64,000 bases of DNA, taken from the NCBI GenBank assembly GCA_965116495.1, contig OZ220696.1:512001-576000 (forward strand), given 5' to 3'. How positions within the stretch are numbered: the stretch's first letter is position 1; each line of letters begins with the position of its first letter. Below the pieces are notes generated by a model. The model did not search any database and was not told the origin of the DNA. It saw only the letters and a program-made list of their open reading frames with translations. Of this stretch, positions 9,887-20,865 are shown piece by piece. The position numbers and the translations under genes were made by a program. The stretch is from Gammaproteobacteria bacterium. Lineage in GTDB: Bacteria > Pseudomonadota > Gammaproteobacteria > Eutrophobiales > Eutrophobiaceae.

Positions 9887-10095
9887 GAAACTCTTGGACT
9901 GAGCCTCACTCCAGAACTTCAGTTGCCCCGATCAAGGGAATCAACATTGAAGAGATTCCTTGAAAGTGATATTGAACTGTGTCCAATGAAGATACATTGT
10001 CAAGTCATGGCACATGGGCCACGGCTGACCGTGAGGGAGGCAAAATTATGATCACTATTTATTCAACGGCGAATAACATTCGCCATTCATAATAG

Positions 10096-10299
10096 CGATT
10101 TTTCGTACATTACCCTGCATTTCAAATGTACCGCATGCCGGTAGGTTATGTCAGGCAGATGGCTGAGCTGCTTCGAGAGCAGCGCAAGGAACGACGTGGT
10201 CTGTATTTTGCCGGTGAATACGTTTCTGGCGCCCCTACCGGGGCGGCCTGTGCCAGCGGTCGCACAGCGGCGCGTACAATCGCCAAACATTGGAGCTAA
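10096..10299 (+). pseudogene. C-terminal relic of a flavin amine-oxidase/protoporphyrinogen-oxidase-like oxidoreductase
   Basis: Translates ..PVGYVRQM..RRGLYFAGEYVSGAPTGAACASGRTAARTI..*. It is in frame with an RBS+ATG at 10048 but separated from it by TAA TAG. Confidence 0.65.
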
Positions 10300-10340
10300 C
10301 GTAGCATCCGCCATGGTGCAAAAAGAGAGACACGACCAAC

Positions 10341-11864
10341 ATGCTTAATACTTTGGGCCAGATCCTGCCGATTGCCGCAGAACGATTCGGAAATAAAGCG
10401 GCACTGATTATTGATGACACCACCTTGAGTTTTAATGAACTTGAAAAACGATCACACCAGTTGGCCAATGCGCTTGTTTCATTGGGTGTAGAGACAGGTG
10501 ACCGGGTAACACTCTACAGCCCGAATAGCTGGGAATGGATTGTCAGTTATTACGCAGTTCTCAAACTGGGTGCTGTCATCAATCCCGTCAACGTAATGCT
10601 GACGCCGGGAGAAGTGGAGTTTGTCGCAAACGATTGTGGCGCCACTATCATCATAGCATCGTATGAAAAAGCACTATCCATTCAGGGGGTTAAAGAGAAG
10701 TCCGGGGTGCGTGAAGTCATTGTGTTCGGTGATGGGCCCTTACCGGAAGGCATGCTTTCCTTTAATGAATTGCTCAATGATAGCGATGATGAGTTTCAGG
10801 TGGCTGAGGTTGATACACATTCTTTATCAACAATAGGCTACACCTCCGGCACGACAGGCCACCCGAAAGGCGCCTGCCTGTCTCATTACAATGTCCTGCT
10901 GAATGTGGAGATGACGGCGCTGATGCATCAAAGAAGCGAAAAGGATACGGTGGTCACGGCCTTGCCGTGTCCCCACGTGTACGGCAATGTCGTAATGAAT
11001 GGTGCTTTTCAGTATGGCATGACCCTTGTGCTGCATCCCTTATTCGAAGAAAAGTCTATTTTACAGAGCATTCAGGACAACCAGGCAACCATGTTCGAAG
11101 GCGTGCCCACCATGTACATGTTTCTGCTGAATCACCTGCAACTCGACGCTTACGATCTGTCGTCGCTGCGCTGCTGTACTGTGGGCGGCCAGACGATGCC
11201 TGTACCGAAAATGGAAGAGGTCGAAGAAAAATTTGGTTGTCCCTTGATCGAGCTTTGGGGGATGACCGAGTTAGCCGGTCTCGGCACCACATTTGCTGCG
11301 AACGGTCCGATAAAACACGGCTCCATCGGCGTGGCACTGCCTTACGTTGAGGCGAGGATTGCCGACACCGAAGATGCCGGCAATACCCTGCCCGCGGGGG
11401 AAGTGGGCGAACTGATGATCAAAGGCGGCATCGTGATGCAGGGCTATTACGGTAACGAGCAGGCAACCAGGGATACCATCGAGCCGGATGGGTGGCTGCA
11501 TACGGGTGATGTGGCATCAATGGATGAGGACGGATATGTTTTTATTGTCGATCGAAAGAAGGACATGATTCTCACCGCCGGTTACAACATATATCCGGCC
11601 GAGCTGGAACGGGTGATAGCTGGTCATCCCGATGTCGCACTGGTAGCAGTGGGGAGTGTTCCCGACGAGGAAAAAGGGGAATTGGCCAAGGCCTATATCA
11701 TTCCCCGGGAAGGTGCTGAAGCGGATGCTGAAATGATTATTAAGTACTGTCGTGAACACCTCGCGGCTTACAAGGTACCCCGCGCTATCCGGTTTGTTGA
11801 CGATTTCCCCAAAACCAGCACCGGCAAGATAATGCGGCGTAAATTACCTGAACTGGATAGCTGA
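10341..11864 (+). CDS. AMP-binding acyl-CoA synthetase (long-chain-fatty-acid-CoA ligase family)
   Basis: YTSGTTGHPKG, WGMTE, GWLHTGD, DRKKDMI, PKTSTGKI. Confidence 0.95.
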   Translation: MLNTLGQILPIAAERFGNKAALIIDDTTLSFNELEKRSHQLANALVSLGVETGDRVTLYSPNSWEWIVSYYAVLKLGAVINPVNVMLTPGEVEFVANDCGATIIIASYEKALSIQGVKEKSGVREVIVFGDGPLPEGMLSFNELLNDSDDEFQVAEVDTHSLSTIGYTSGTTGHPKGACLSHYNVLLNVEMTALMHQRSEKDTVVTALPCPHVYGNVVMNGAFQYGMTLVLHPLFEEKSILQSIQDNQATMFEGVPTMYMFLLNHLQLDAYDLSSLRCCTVGGQTMPVPKMEEVEEKFGCPLIELWGMTELAGLGTTFAANGPIKHGSIGVALPYVEARIADTEDAGNTLPAGEVGELMIKGGIVMQGYYGNEQATRDTIEPDGWLHTGDVASMDEDGYVFIVDRKKDMILTAGYNIYPAELERVIAGHPDVALVAVGSVPDEEKGELAKAYIIPREGAEADAEMIIKYCREHLAAYKVPRAIRFVDDFPKTSTGKIMRRKLPELDS

Positions 11865-11913
11865 TTGAACTATCCGGAATGTGAAATGTTGTTGAAATCA
11901 GGAGATAAAGAAA

Positions 11914-12381
11914 ATGTCCGGGCGCGAATTATTGCAAATTGTGTTTTGCAGTTTAATTGTTTTTACATCTTTGTCGTTAAGGGCAGATAGTGAAGTAGTG
12001 GGAAAGTCAGCGCCAATACCGTTGAGACTTGATCCCTCCACAATTCCTTATTCAGAAATGAATACTGATTTGCCCTTATGGCCACAGGAAGACATTCTTT
12101 CAGGTGTGTCTGAACACCGCTACAAGACATTATATTCGGGTGATATCGATGTAAGTATTTACGAAGCGAAACCAATGAAATTACGTTTAAGGGACTTTCC
12201 CGTTGATGAATTCGTAATGGTAATCAGCGGTAAACTGATACTTACGGCCGATGGAGGCTCTCCACAGCATTTTGAAGTCGGGGACAGTGTGCTGGTGCCA
12301 AAAGGATTCACCGGGACCTGGGAAATGCAGGGCAATTTTCGGGAGATGGTTGTGATAATCAATAAAGCATTTCGTGAGTGA
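11914..12381 (+). CDS. Exported cupin (DUF861/EutQ-like)
   Basis: Signal peptide; DEFVMVISG..GDSVLVPKGFTGTW. Confidence 0.85.
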   Translation: MSGRELLQIVFCSLIVFTSLSLRADSEVVGKSAPIPLRLDPSTIPYSEMNTDLPLWPQEDILSGVSEHRYKTLYSGDIDVSIYEAKPMKLRLRDFPVDEFVMVISGKLILTADGGSPQHFEVGDSVLVPKGFTGTWEMQGNFREMVVIINKAFRE

Positions 12382-12416
12382 AGTATTGGAAATATTGAGG
12401 GAACAACATAGTTACC

Positions 12417-12827
12417 CTAACGACTTCCCACCCAATCCTTTATCCTGAGGCCACCAACGCGTATAAATTCTTTCACGTTATGCGTAACAAGCGTTGCCCC
12501 CAGGGTCTTGGCATGCGCTGCTATCAGTAAGTCATACGGACCAATCAAATTACCGCTTTTCTCAAGATCAGCGCGCAAGCTTCCCGCTGTACATGCACAT
12601 TCCTTTGTCCACTCCATTACTTGAATATACTCGAGAAAATTATTCAGTGTGTACGTGTTTTGTTTTCGTTTTTTTGATTTGCTCACACCGTATTGCAACT
12701 CATACAAACTGATTGCCGAGATACCCACCTCGTCCACACTATTTTTTATCAATTGTCGCCGAACGTGAACGGGGGAATCATTCATGATGGCAATGGAAGT
12801 ATCCGTATCCAATAAATATTTAACCAT
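12417..12827 (-). CDS. vapC: VapC PIN-domain toxin
   Basis: YLLDTD, ELQYG, IGPYDLLIAAHA, LVTHNVKEF. Confidence 0.93.
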   Translation of the reverse strand: MVKYLLDTDTSIAIMNDSPVHVRRQLIKNSVDEVGISAISLYELQYGVSKSKKRKQNTYTLNNFLEYIQVMEWTKECACTAGSLRADLEKSGNLIGPYDLLIAAHAKTLGATLVTHNVKEFIRVGGLRIKDWVGSR

Positions 12828-12829
12828 GT

Positions 12830-13072
12830 TTAATCCTTTAACACAGTACGAGGCATATCATCAGGCAGTTTTGCACCTTCAGTGGAAAAATCATCAGATA
12901 ATGGGGAAGTATCGTCCATAAAACCTTTCCATGATGTTGGTAACGGTGAGATAACGATGTTTTTTCCTTCTTTTCTAATCAGCACTTCATCACTATCCAA
13001 CCGAAAATCACGGGGTAGCCTCACAGCCTGGCTGTTGCCGCTTTTGAATACTTTTGTTATTTGCTCATGCAT
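12830..13072 (-). CDS. vapB: VapB AbrB-fold antitoxin
   Basis: TKVFKSGNSQAVRLPRDFR; directly upstream of vapC. Confidence 0.93.
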   Translation of the reverse strand: MHEQITKVFKSGNSQAVRLPRDFRLDSDEVLIRKEGKNIVISPLPTSWKGFMDDTSPLSDDFSTEGAKLPDDMPRTVLKD

Positions 13073-13096
13073 GAAAAATTCCGTCGAATATATTTA

Positions 13097-13116
13097 GTAT
13101 ATACACAAGTATATAC
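13097..13116. promoter_or_regulatory. Probable vapBC operator: two GTATATAC palindromes
   Basis: GTATATAC-ACAA-GTATATAC lies 25-45 bp upstream of vapB. Confidence 0.6.
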
Positions 13117-13223
13117 ATGCTGCACTCATACATCAAGTATTTACATACGCGGTCCAATCTACATGTGCGTTTGTAGACTTTGAGCACATACCTGAACAAG
13201 GTATGGCGCGCAACGAGAGGTAA

Positions 13224-14058
<835 letters not shown>

Positions 14059-14121
14059 TCCTCTATGTCCTGTTTCAGGCCCTGTATGGTGCCTGCTCCC
14101 CATGGTAATTCTAATTATAGC

Positions 14122-14159
14122 TTGACTCTACGTCAGATGACTTATAATATCTACGTCAT
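14122..14159 (+). promoter_or_regulatory. Sigma70-like promoter overlapped by putative TetR operator repeats
   Basis: TTGACT-N17-TAATAT, inverted TGAC..GTCA motifs, and the direct repeat TCTACGTCA twice. Confidence 0.5.
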
Positions 14160-14204
14160 AAGACACACTTTATTTGTGCTGTTAATATATTCTTATATAA
14201 AACA

Positions 14205-16397
14205 ATGCAATATATATCAGGCGCCAATCCCATAAGAGCTTTCCTTGCTACCGTTCTATTGCTTGTTGTTGCCGCCGGCTTACATGGATGTGGAAAAGAG
14301 GAAGGACACGGTCCGCCGGCAGGTGATATGGAAAATGCAACAGCTCGACCCGGGAATATTGAAGATGCGCAAACAGACCGTCTTCAATCGGTAACCCATG
14401 CACGGGCGCTCGATGCAACCAATGACGTGGAAAACTGGTTACTGCACGGGCGCACCTATAACGAGCAGCGTTTCAGTCCGCTCGATCAAATTACCAGGGA
14501 CAATGTCAAGCGCCTGGGTGTGGCCTGGGCGCTCGATATACCGAGCACGAACGGTCTTGTAGCGACACCGATCATCGTCGATGGAACCCTGTATTTAAGC
14601 GCGCCGTTCAGTGTCATCCATGCCGTCGATGCAGTATCAGGCGAGCTTCTCTGGTCTCATGATCCACAGGTTAAACTGGGTTTAAGCGTCACCGGTTCCT
14701 GGGTGTCTCGCTGGAACCGGGGCGTGGCGGTATGGAATGGCAAAGTGATTGTCGGTACCGGTGACTGCAGGTTGGTCGCTGTCGATGCGGAAAAGGGAAC
14801 CCCCGTCTGGGACGTTGAAACCTGTGACAGCAGCGCCGGCTACGGGATCACCGGTGCACCGAGGGTGGGCGACGGCAAGGTATTCATAGGCAACGCCGCG
14901 GCTGATTTTGGTCTTCGTGGTTATGTCACGGCCTATGATGCCGACTCCGGTGAGCAACTGTGGCGTTTTTACACGGTTCCCCGCGAGCCTGCGCTTGGCC
15001 AGGAAACGGAAGTCCTGGAAATGGCCGCGCAGACATGGAGTGGGGACGTGTGGCACCAGTTCGGTGGGGGAGGTTCAGCCTGGGATTCAATGACATTTGA
15101 TAGTGAATTAAACCGGTTGTACATAGGAACTGATGGCGCACTTCCCTGGGACACGGATTACAGGAACCCGGAACAACTGGACAACCTGTTCACCAACTCC
15201 ATTATTGCCCTGGACGCAACGACAGGCGAATACCTGTGGCATTACCAGACCGTCCCCGCTGACGAGTGGGACTATAACGCGGCTGCACACATGATCCTTG
15301 CCGATATGGAGATTGAAGGTAAGAGCCGCAAAATCCTGATGCAGGCGCCGAAGAATGGTTTCTTTTATGTCATCGATCGCACGACTGGCGAACTGCTGTC
15401 GGCGGACAACTATACGACAGTGACCTGGGCCAGCCACGTTGACCTGGAAACAGGCCGGCCCGTAGTCAATCCTGCCGCCCGGTACACGGACGCCGAAACC
15501 GGAGAGACGGTCATCTACCCCTATATATGGGGCGGTCACAACTGGCATCCCATGAGTTATAACCCTGACCTGGGCCTGGTTTATATCCCGGCAATCGATG
15601 TTGCCGGAAAGTTTCGAAAGTTACCTGGTCTGGATAAAGGCTTCAGCCTGCAAACCAATCCTTACGGCACCGGCGATGGCAGGTTGAACAAGGGCAATGT
15701 GTTGGGCAAGCTGGTAGCCTGGGATCCGGCGACCCAGTCGGAACGCTGGTCGCAGGAACAGCTGTTGCCATGGAATGGGGGCGTGCTGTCGACGGCGGGT
15801 GGTGTTGTGTTTCAGGGCAATGCAGAAGGCAAGTTCAACGCCTATGCAGCCGACAGTGGCGAATTACTGTGGACCATGAAGACCGGCTCGGCAATCCAGG
15901 CGCCGCCGGTAACCGTTCGTATCAATGGTGAACAACTGGTCATTATCCCGGTGGGATGGGGTGGTCCACAACGCCTGTGGATCCCGCAACACAATGCTAC
16001 TGACGAAGCCAAAGGCAAGAGCCGCTTGGTCGCTTTTAAGCTGAATGGTGAGCAAGCTCTACCGGTGCAGGCATTGGAGCAAGCGCCTTTCCCGGAACCA
16101 CCGGAACAATATGCAGATGAGGACATGATCTCGAAGGGTGAATTCCTGTTTCTGGATATCGGTTGTGCCTGGTGCCATGGCATCGACGCTGCGGGTGGCG
16201 GTGGCTCGGTTCCCGATTTGCGTTATCTCACGAAGGACAAACATGCGGCATGGGAAGCAATCGTCCTGGGTGGCGCCTACCGGCACAAGGGCATGCTTTC
16301 ATACAAGGACACGCTCAGCGCAGAAGATTCAGAGGCAATACAAGCCTATGTAATCGACAGGGCCTGGGAAGCATACCGCGCGGCGCCAACAAAATAG
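14205..16397 (+). CDS. Type II quinohemoprotein (PQQ + heme c) dehydrogenase, probable lipoprotein
   Basis: Lipobox-like LHGC, EQRFSPLDQI, DEWDYN, QAPKNGFFYVIDR, GGHNWHPMSY, C-terminal CAWCH. Confidence 0.93.
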   Translation: MQYISGANPIRAFLATVLLLVVAAGLHGCGKEEGHGPPAGDMENATARPGNIEDAQTDRLQSVTHARALDATNDVENWLLHGRTYNEQRFSPLDQITRDNVKRLGVAWALDIPSTNGLVATPIIVDGTLYLSAPFSVIHAVDAVSGELLWSHDPQVKLGLSVTGSWVSRWNRGVAVWNGKVIVGTGDCRLVAVDAEKGTPVWDVETCDSSAGYGITGAPRVGDGKVFIGNAAADFGLRGYVTAYDADSGEQLWRFYTVPREPALGQETEVLEMAAQTWSGDVWHQFGGGGSAWDSMTFDSELNRLYIGTDGALPWDTDYRNPEQLDNLFTNSIIALDATTGEYLWHYQTVPADEWDYNAAAHMILADMEIEGKSRKILMQAPKNGFFYVIDRTTGELLSADNYTTVTWASHVDLETGRPVVNPAARYTDAETGETVIYPYIWGGHNWHPMSYNPDLGLVYIPAIDVAGKFRKLPGLDKGFSLQTNPYGTGDGRLNKGNVLGKLVAWDPATQSERWSQEQLLPWNGGVLSTAGGVVFQGNAEGKFNAYAADSGELLWTMKTGSAIQAPPVTVRINGEQLVIIPVGWGGPQRLWIPQHNATDEAKGKSRLVAFKLNGEQALPVQALEQAPFPEPPEQYADEDMISKGEFLFLDIGCAWCHGIDAAGGGGSVPDLRYLTKDKHAAWEAIVLGGAYRHKGMLSYKDTLSAEDSEAIQAYVIDRAWEAYRAAPTK

Positions 16398-16457
16398 ATA
16401 TGAATAAAGTCCACTCCCATGGGTGAAACAGCAGTGTAATCAAAGGGGTACAGTATT

Positions 16458-18848
16458 ATGAAAATCTGGTTACAAAAATATTACAACCAGGTAATGAGGC
16501 TTGCTCTCATTTCAGGCCTGTTACTTGTTCTGGGTAATGCCCAGGCCCAGGTACTGGAAGAGGTAATCGTCACCGCCCAGAAGAGGGAGCAGGGCATCCA
16601 GGACGTGGGCATTGCGATAACGGCATTTTCCGGCGATCAGTTAAGGGACCTGGGCATCAGCACGCCTGACGAACTTGATATGCACGTGCCGGGGCTGATG
16701 GTAACGGACTTCGGTAATTCCTATGTCAGTGTGTTCACCCTGCGCGGTTCAAGCCAACTTGATTTCGCCGATCACCAGGAACCGCCTGTCGCCGTTTATC
16801 TCGACGGCGCCTACGTCAGCTTTATAGGTGGTGTGGGCATGGCATTCTATGACCTCGAACGGGCAGAAGTCCTGAAGGGGCCACAGGGCACATTGTTTGG
16901 ACGAAATGCGACAGGGGGTCTTGTACACCTGATAACGAAAAAACCTTCGCAGGAGGCCAATGGTTACCTGGAAGTCAGTGGTGGCGAATACGGCATGGTC
17001 AAAACCGAAGGCGGAATCGGCATGCCGCTGGGTAAAAACCTTTCCGGCCGTATATCCGGATTATGGAACAAGCATAGTGGCTATATCGACAACCTGACAG
17101 ATACCGATGAGGACCTTGTGGAAATGGACAGTAGAAACCTGCGCGGGCAGTTGTTATGGGAACCTGACGAGGATACCAGCTTATTATTACAGGGCCGCTG
17201 GAGTGATGATAAGGATTCCAACACCTTAGGGTATTTTGCCCGGCCCGTGGCATTACATTTTCCGCAACTCTCCGGCGCCGATTTGGCGGCCGGGACCAAT
17301 GGCATATCGGAATTACTTGGAATCCCCAATGACCCGTCGGTCATTTTTCCTGCCATAGGGCAGGGAGACGGACTGGTGCGCCTTTCTGATCCTGATTCCG
17401 CCGAATATGCCAATTTCTGCAGCCACCCGTTAAGTGTCGGTTTTTTTGGCGGGCCCGGCGCTGTCGATTGCTTCGGTAATGTTGAAGACGGAGACCCGAG
17501 AACAGCGAGAGTTAACCAATTCGGTAGCTTTACCCGGGAATATTGGGGCTTAACCGGAACGCTTAATATGAATTTTGGCAACTTCGAGGTGGTAAATATA
17601 ATCGATTACCAATCTTTCGATAAATATTATATTGAGGATACGGACGGCACTCCGATTACTTCGCTGGATTTCTTTCAGTATGTCGATAGCTGGCAGTTCT
17701 CGGAGGAATTTCGCGTGCACTGGGAAACCGAGCAGTCCCGCTGGGTGGCAGGCGCCTATTACCTGCACATTGAAGGCGATTACCGTTCCGGCGTTTACAC
17801 GCCTGAGGGACTGGGGTTTGGAATGGATAATAATTACTCGAATGAAACCGATTCCTATGCATTTTTTATACAAGGAGAATATGATGTTTCTCCTGCCTGG
17901 ACGGTGATTGGCGGTTTTCGCTGGACGGAGGATGAGAAAAACACCGTACTGAGCCCCACCTGCGAGTGGAATATCGTCGGCGACCCGGACTGCTCATTTG
18001 TATTGTTGCCTTTTCTCGGGTTTGCCGGTAACTCGGCCCAGGAACAGGGCTTCGACCTGGAGCGTAGTGAAGGGGATTATTCGCTCAAATTCGAAATCGA
18101 CTGGAAGCCGAATGATGACTGGCTGGTTTACGCAGGCGTCACCCGCGGCAACAAGGCAGGGGCGTTTAATTCCGGCGCACTTGCGCTTTATACGATTCCC
18201 CAGGCCGAGTTTGACGGTGAAACCCTGTGGTCTTACGAAGCAGGTTTCAAGTCAACACTGCTTAACGGAACCACGCGCCTGAATGCCACCGCCTTCTACT
18301 ATGATTACTCGGACTTCCAGACCTATACCCAGGTAGGTCCGTCACTGGTAGTGTTCAATATCGATTCCGAGGTGGTCGGGGCAGAAATAGAACTCGTTAC
18401 CAATCCATGGGAGGGATGGGAATTCCTGTTCGGCGTATCTATACTGGATGCGCAGATCAAGGATCTGAACTACGGCGCCGGACAGCAAAGCGACGTGGAA
18501 ATGACCAATTCGCCCGAACTGAGCCTGAATGGGCTGGGCCGTTATACCTGGAACGCCTTTGCCGGCGGTTCCATGACGGCACAACTGGATTTCAATTATG
18601 TTGATGAGCGGCAGTTAAACGCTGTGCCCAGTCCCGCTTACATTGCCGATGATTACTTTCTCCTGAATGCGCGATTGGGTTATATGACCGGTGATGGACG
18701 CTGGTCTGCAGCGCTGTGGGTCAAAAACCTCACCGATGAGGAATGGGTGCCCACAGTGTTTGACCTGGGTACATTCACCGGCTCTTCCATTGAAACCGTA
18801 GGCGCGCCGCGCTGGTTCGGAGGCACTGTTTCGTATCATTGGAACTGA
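16458..18848 (+). CDS. TonB-dependent receptor
   Basis: LEEVIVTAQKRE, ERAEVLKGPQGTLFGRNATGG, KNLTDE..PRWFGGTVSYHW. Confidence 0.95.
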   Translation: MKIWLQKYYNQVMRLALISGLLLVLGNAQAQVLEEVIVTAQKREQGIQDVGIAITAFSGDQLRDLGISTPDELDMHVPGLMVTDFGNSYVSVFTLRGSSQLDFADHQEPPVAVYLDGAYVSFIGGVGMAFYDLERAEVLKGPQGTLFGRNATGGLVHLITKKPSQEANGYLEVSGGEYGMVKTEGGIGMPLGKNLSGRISGLWNKHSGYIDNLTDTDEDLVEMDSRNLRGQLLWEPDEDTSLLLQGRWSDDKDSNTLGYFARPVALHFPQLSGADLAAGTNGISELLGIPNDPSVIFPAIGQGDGLVRLSDPDSAEYANFCSHPLSVGFFGGPGAVDCFGNVEDGDPRTARVNQFGSFTREYWGLTGTLNMNFGNFEVVNIIDYQSFDKYYIEDTDGTPITSLDFFQYVDSWQFSEEFRVHWETEQSRWVAGAYYLHIEGDYRSGVYTPEGLGFGMDNNYSNETDSYAFFIQGEYDVSPAWTVIGGFRWTEDEKNTVLSPTCEWNIVGDPDCSFVLLPFLGFAGNSAQEQGFDLERSEGDYSLKFEIDWKPNDDWLVYAGVTRGNKAGAFNSGALALYTIPQAEFDGETLWSYEAGFKSTLLNGTTRLNATAFYYDYSDFQTYTQVGPSLVVFNIDSEVVGAEIELVTNPWEGWEFLFGVSILDAQIKDLNYGAGQQSDVEMTNSPELSLNGLGRYTWNAFAGGSMTAQLDFNYVDERQLNAVPSPAYIADDYFLLNARLGYMTGDGRWSAALWVKNLTDEEWVPTVFDLGTFTGSSIETVGAPRWFGGTVSYHWN

Positions 18849-18894
18849 AACCTGATCGAAAGGCTTGCGCGGGATTGAAAAATAAAGTTGCAAC

Positions 18895-19389
18895 TCATTC
18901 GGCAAACAGTTTTTCCAATCCCGCCTCATTTGCATTTTTTTCGATGACGATCATTTCGCGAAAATTATCCTGCATTTCCCAGGTGCCGGTGAATCCTTTC
19001 GGGACTACGAATGAGTCGCCGGCTTCAAAAGTTTGTGGTGCAGCGCCTTTCGCGGTCAATATGGAGCGTCCATTTAAAACGTGTACAAATTCATCAAATG
19101 GATAATCTTCTATCTTTACCATGCCATCGTCTGCCTGATATATAGAGACAACCAGTTGGCCTGTAAACAGGTTGTCGAATCTATGGGTTTCTATTCCGCT
19201 TACCAGCATTCGTTTTGGCCAGGGTGTTTCCAGGGTGGTTAGTCCCTTGCCGTTTATTTTATCTTTATCAAGCAGAACAGGTTTGGGCATGGCTTTGTCC
19301 GGCGTATCGCCTGCCTGGTTTAACTGGGGGATAACTGATAAAAATACGATAAAAATCAAGCGTGAAACTTTGGCTATATACATGTTCAC
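18895..19389 (-). CDS. Exported cupin (DUF861/EutQ-like), paralog of 11914-12381
   Basis: Signal peptide; DEFVHVLNG..GDSFVVPKGFTGTWEMQDNFREM. Confidence 0.85.
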   Translation of the reverse strand: MNMYIAKVSRLIFIVFLSVIPQLNQAGDTPDKAMPKPVLLDKDKINGKGLTTLETPWPKRMLVSGIETHRFDNLFTGQLVVSIYQADDGMVKIEDYPFDEFVHVLNGRSILTAKGAAPQTFEAGDSFVVPKGFTGTWEMQDNFREMIVIEKNANEAGLEKLFAE

Positions 19390-19422
19390 TGATCACTCCT
19401 TCTGCGTTGTCAAGGTTAGTAT

Positions 19423-19500
19423 GGTGGACCAGGTTTAAGTTTGGCGCAAGCCGCATCATCGTCTGTTTACGGCGTCGTTGTTATCGGTGGTGGATTTTGA
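19423..19500 (+). pseudogene. Very short relic of an exported flavin oxidoreductase (start of the Rossmann fold)
   Basis: Translates GGPGLSLAQAASSSVYGVVVIGGGF*, similar to YDVVVIGGGF of amine oxidases. Confidence 0.45.
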
Positions 19501-19594
19501 AGTCAACGGACCGGAACCATCTCGCGGCGCGTCTTTGCCCACAATTGGGTTAAACTGTAAACTCAAAATCAACTGGTTAAAACGGAGATGACGC

Positions 19595-19915
19595 ATGAAA
19601 ACTGTCCTGATTACCTACAACCTTCCCGGTAAACCGCCGCGCCAGGCGATTACGAAAAATTTTGTTGGGGCTGCCAATACTATTTTCAAGGGCCTCCCGG
19701 GTTTAATGAGCAAACAGTTTTGTTACGATGAGACGACAGGTGACGGTCACTCCGTCTATCTCTGGGAATCACAGGAACAGGCCGAGGAATTCTTTTCACC
19801 TGCCTTTGTCGAACACTTCCGTGAAGTCTTCGGCGTGGACCCGACAATCACCTATCTCGACATACCGGTGCTGGTGGACAACCGGGTCGGCGATGTTGTC
19901 GTGAACGAAAAGTGA
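19595..19915 (+). CDS. YdhR-family putative monooxygenase (dimeric alpha-beta barrel)
   Basis: 106 aa; FKGLPGLMSKQF..GHSVYLWESQEQAEEFF; GGAG RBS. Confidence 0.75.
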   Translation: MKTVLITYNLPGKPPRQAITKNFVGAANTIFKGLPGLMSKQFCYDETTGDGHSVYLWESQEQAEEFFSPAFVEHFREVFGVDPTITYLDIPVLVDNRVGDVVVNEK

Positions 19916-20232
19916 AACAGCGCACTGGCCGCACCGGAGCATTTTATGTCAAAGAGGCCAGCCTGCAATTCAAGGAGGATTTGCAGGATTCCTCACGCGC
20001 GGCAAAACGCCTCGAGCAATCCGGTAAACGCTGGTCACAGGATGAATTAGAGAATAATCTGGACTTCGCACCGTCGGGTTGGCGCGTCCACCGGCTCTCA
20101 GGCGACCGGCAGAACGAATGGAGCGTTTCAGTATCAGGAAACTGGCGAATCACATTCGAAGAAGAAGACGGTAATATCGACCGCTTGAACCTGGAGGATT
20201 ACCACCGATGGCTACCAATCAGATCAAAGTGA
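19912..20232 (+). pseudogene. Chimeric relic: RHH antitoxin fragment fused to the C-terminal half of a HigB toxin
   Basis: RTGRTGAFYVKEA..EDLQD (RelB/DUF6290-like) followed by WRVHRLSGDRQNEWSVSVSGNWRITF..LEDYH (HigB). Confidence 0.7.
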
Positions 20233-20513
20233 ATATGACCCCTTCGCATCCGGGCGAGTTCATACGCACAGAGGTTATCGAAGAACTGGACCTCACTACG
20301 ACAAAGGCAGCGCAGATTCTGGGGGTTCGACGAGCGACACTTTCGGCCCTGTTGAACGGACGCTCCTCGCTATCGCCGGATATGGCGCTACGCATAGAGA
20401 AAGCCTTTGACGTCAGTATGGATATGCTGTTGCGAATGCAGGCCTGGTGGGATGCCTCGCAGATGCGTTCCCGCGCAAGCGAGGTCAATGTGCGGCGTTA
20501 TGAACCTGCATGA
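20208..20513 (+). CDS. higA: HigA antitoxin
   Basis: PSHPGEFIR, AAQILGVRRATLSALLNGR, SPDMALRIEKAF, LLRMQ. Confidence 0.92.
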   Translation: MATNQIKVNMTPSHPGEFIRTEVIEELDLTTTKAAQILGVRRATLSALLNGRSSLSPDMALRIEKAFDVSMDMLLRMQAWWDASQMRSRASEVNVRRYEPA

Positions 20514-20865
20514 TTGACATTACACGACAATGCAGTGAACATGAATTTCAGAGGACGTGGGAGTCAGGTCGCACAATATACGTTTGTAGCACACCATTGG
20601 AACGCTCTGCCCACTATTGTTCTGCCAACACCAAAACGATTATCTATATCTGTTAAAACCCAATGTACATTGTACGAATTAACCCCGTTTAGTTAGCACA
20701 TTCATCGCCAGGTTGATTATCATCAGCTATCAAGCCTTGAAGCATAAGCGCTTGGAATAGCCCTAAATCGTCAGCGCTGCCGTAACAAATACCCCAATGT
20801 ATGCTGTAGACGGTGCACGCCAGGCGCCCGTGGCGGACAACTACTGACCGGAAGGAGTACAGACC

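Noticed and set aside
14205-16397. Lanthanide-dependent XoxF/ExaF-type dehydrogenase
   Set aside because: The motif is WDYN, lacking the extra Asp, and the protein has a heme c domain. The WDYD in the 4681-6654 enzyme is normal for the glucose/quinate family.
20514-20860. Short ORFs between the two higA genes
   Set aside because: No family motif recognisable in any frame. Probably decayed sequence, but I cannot assign it.
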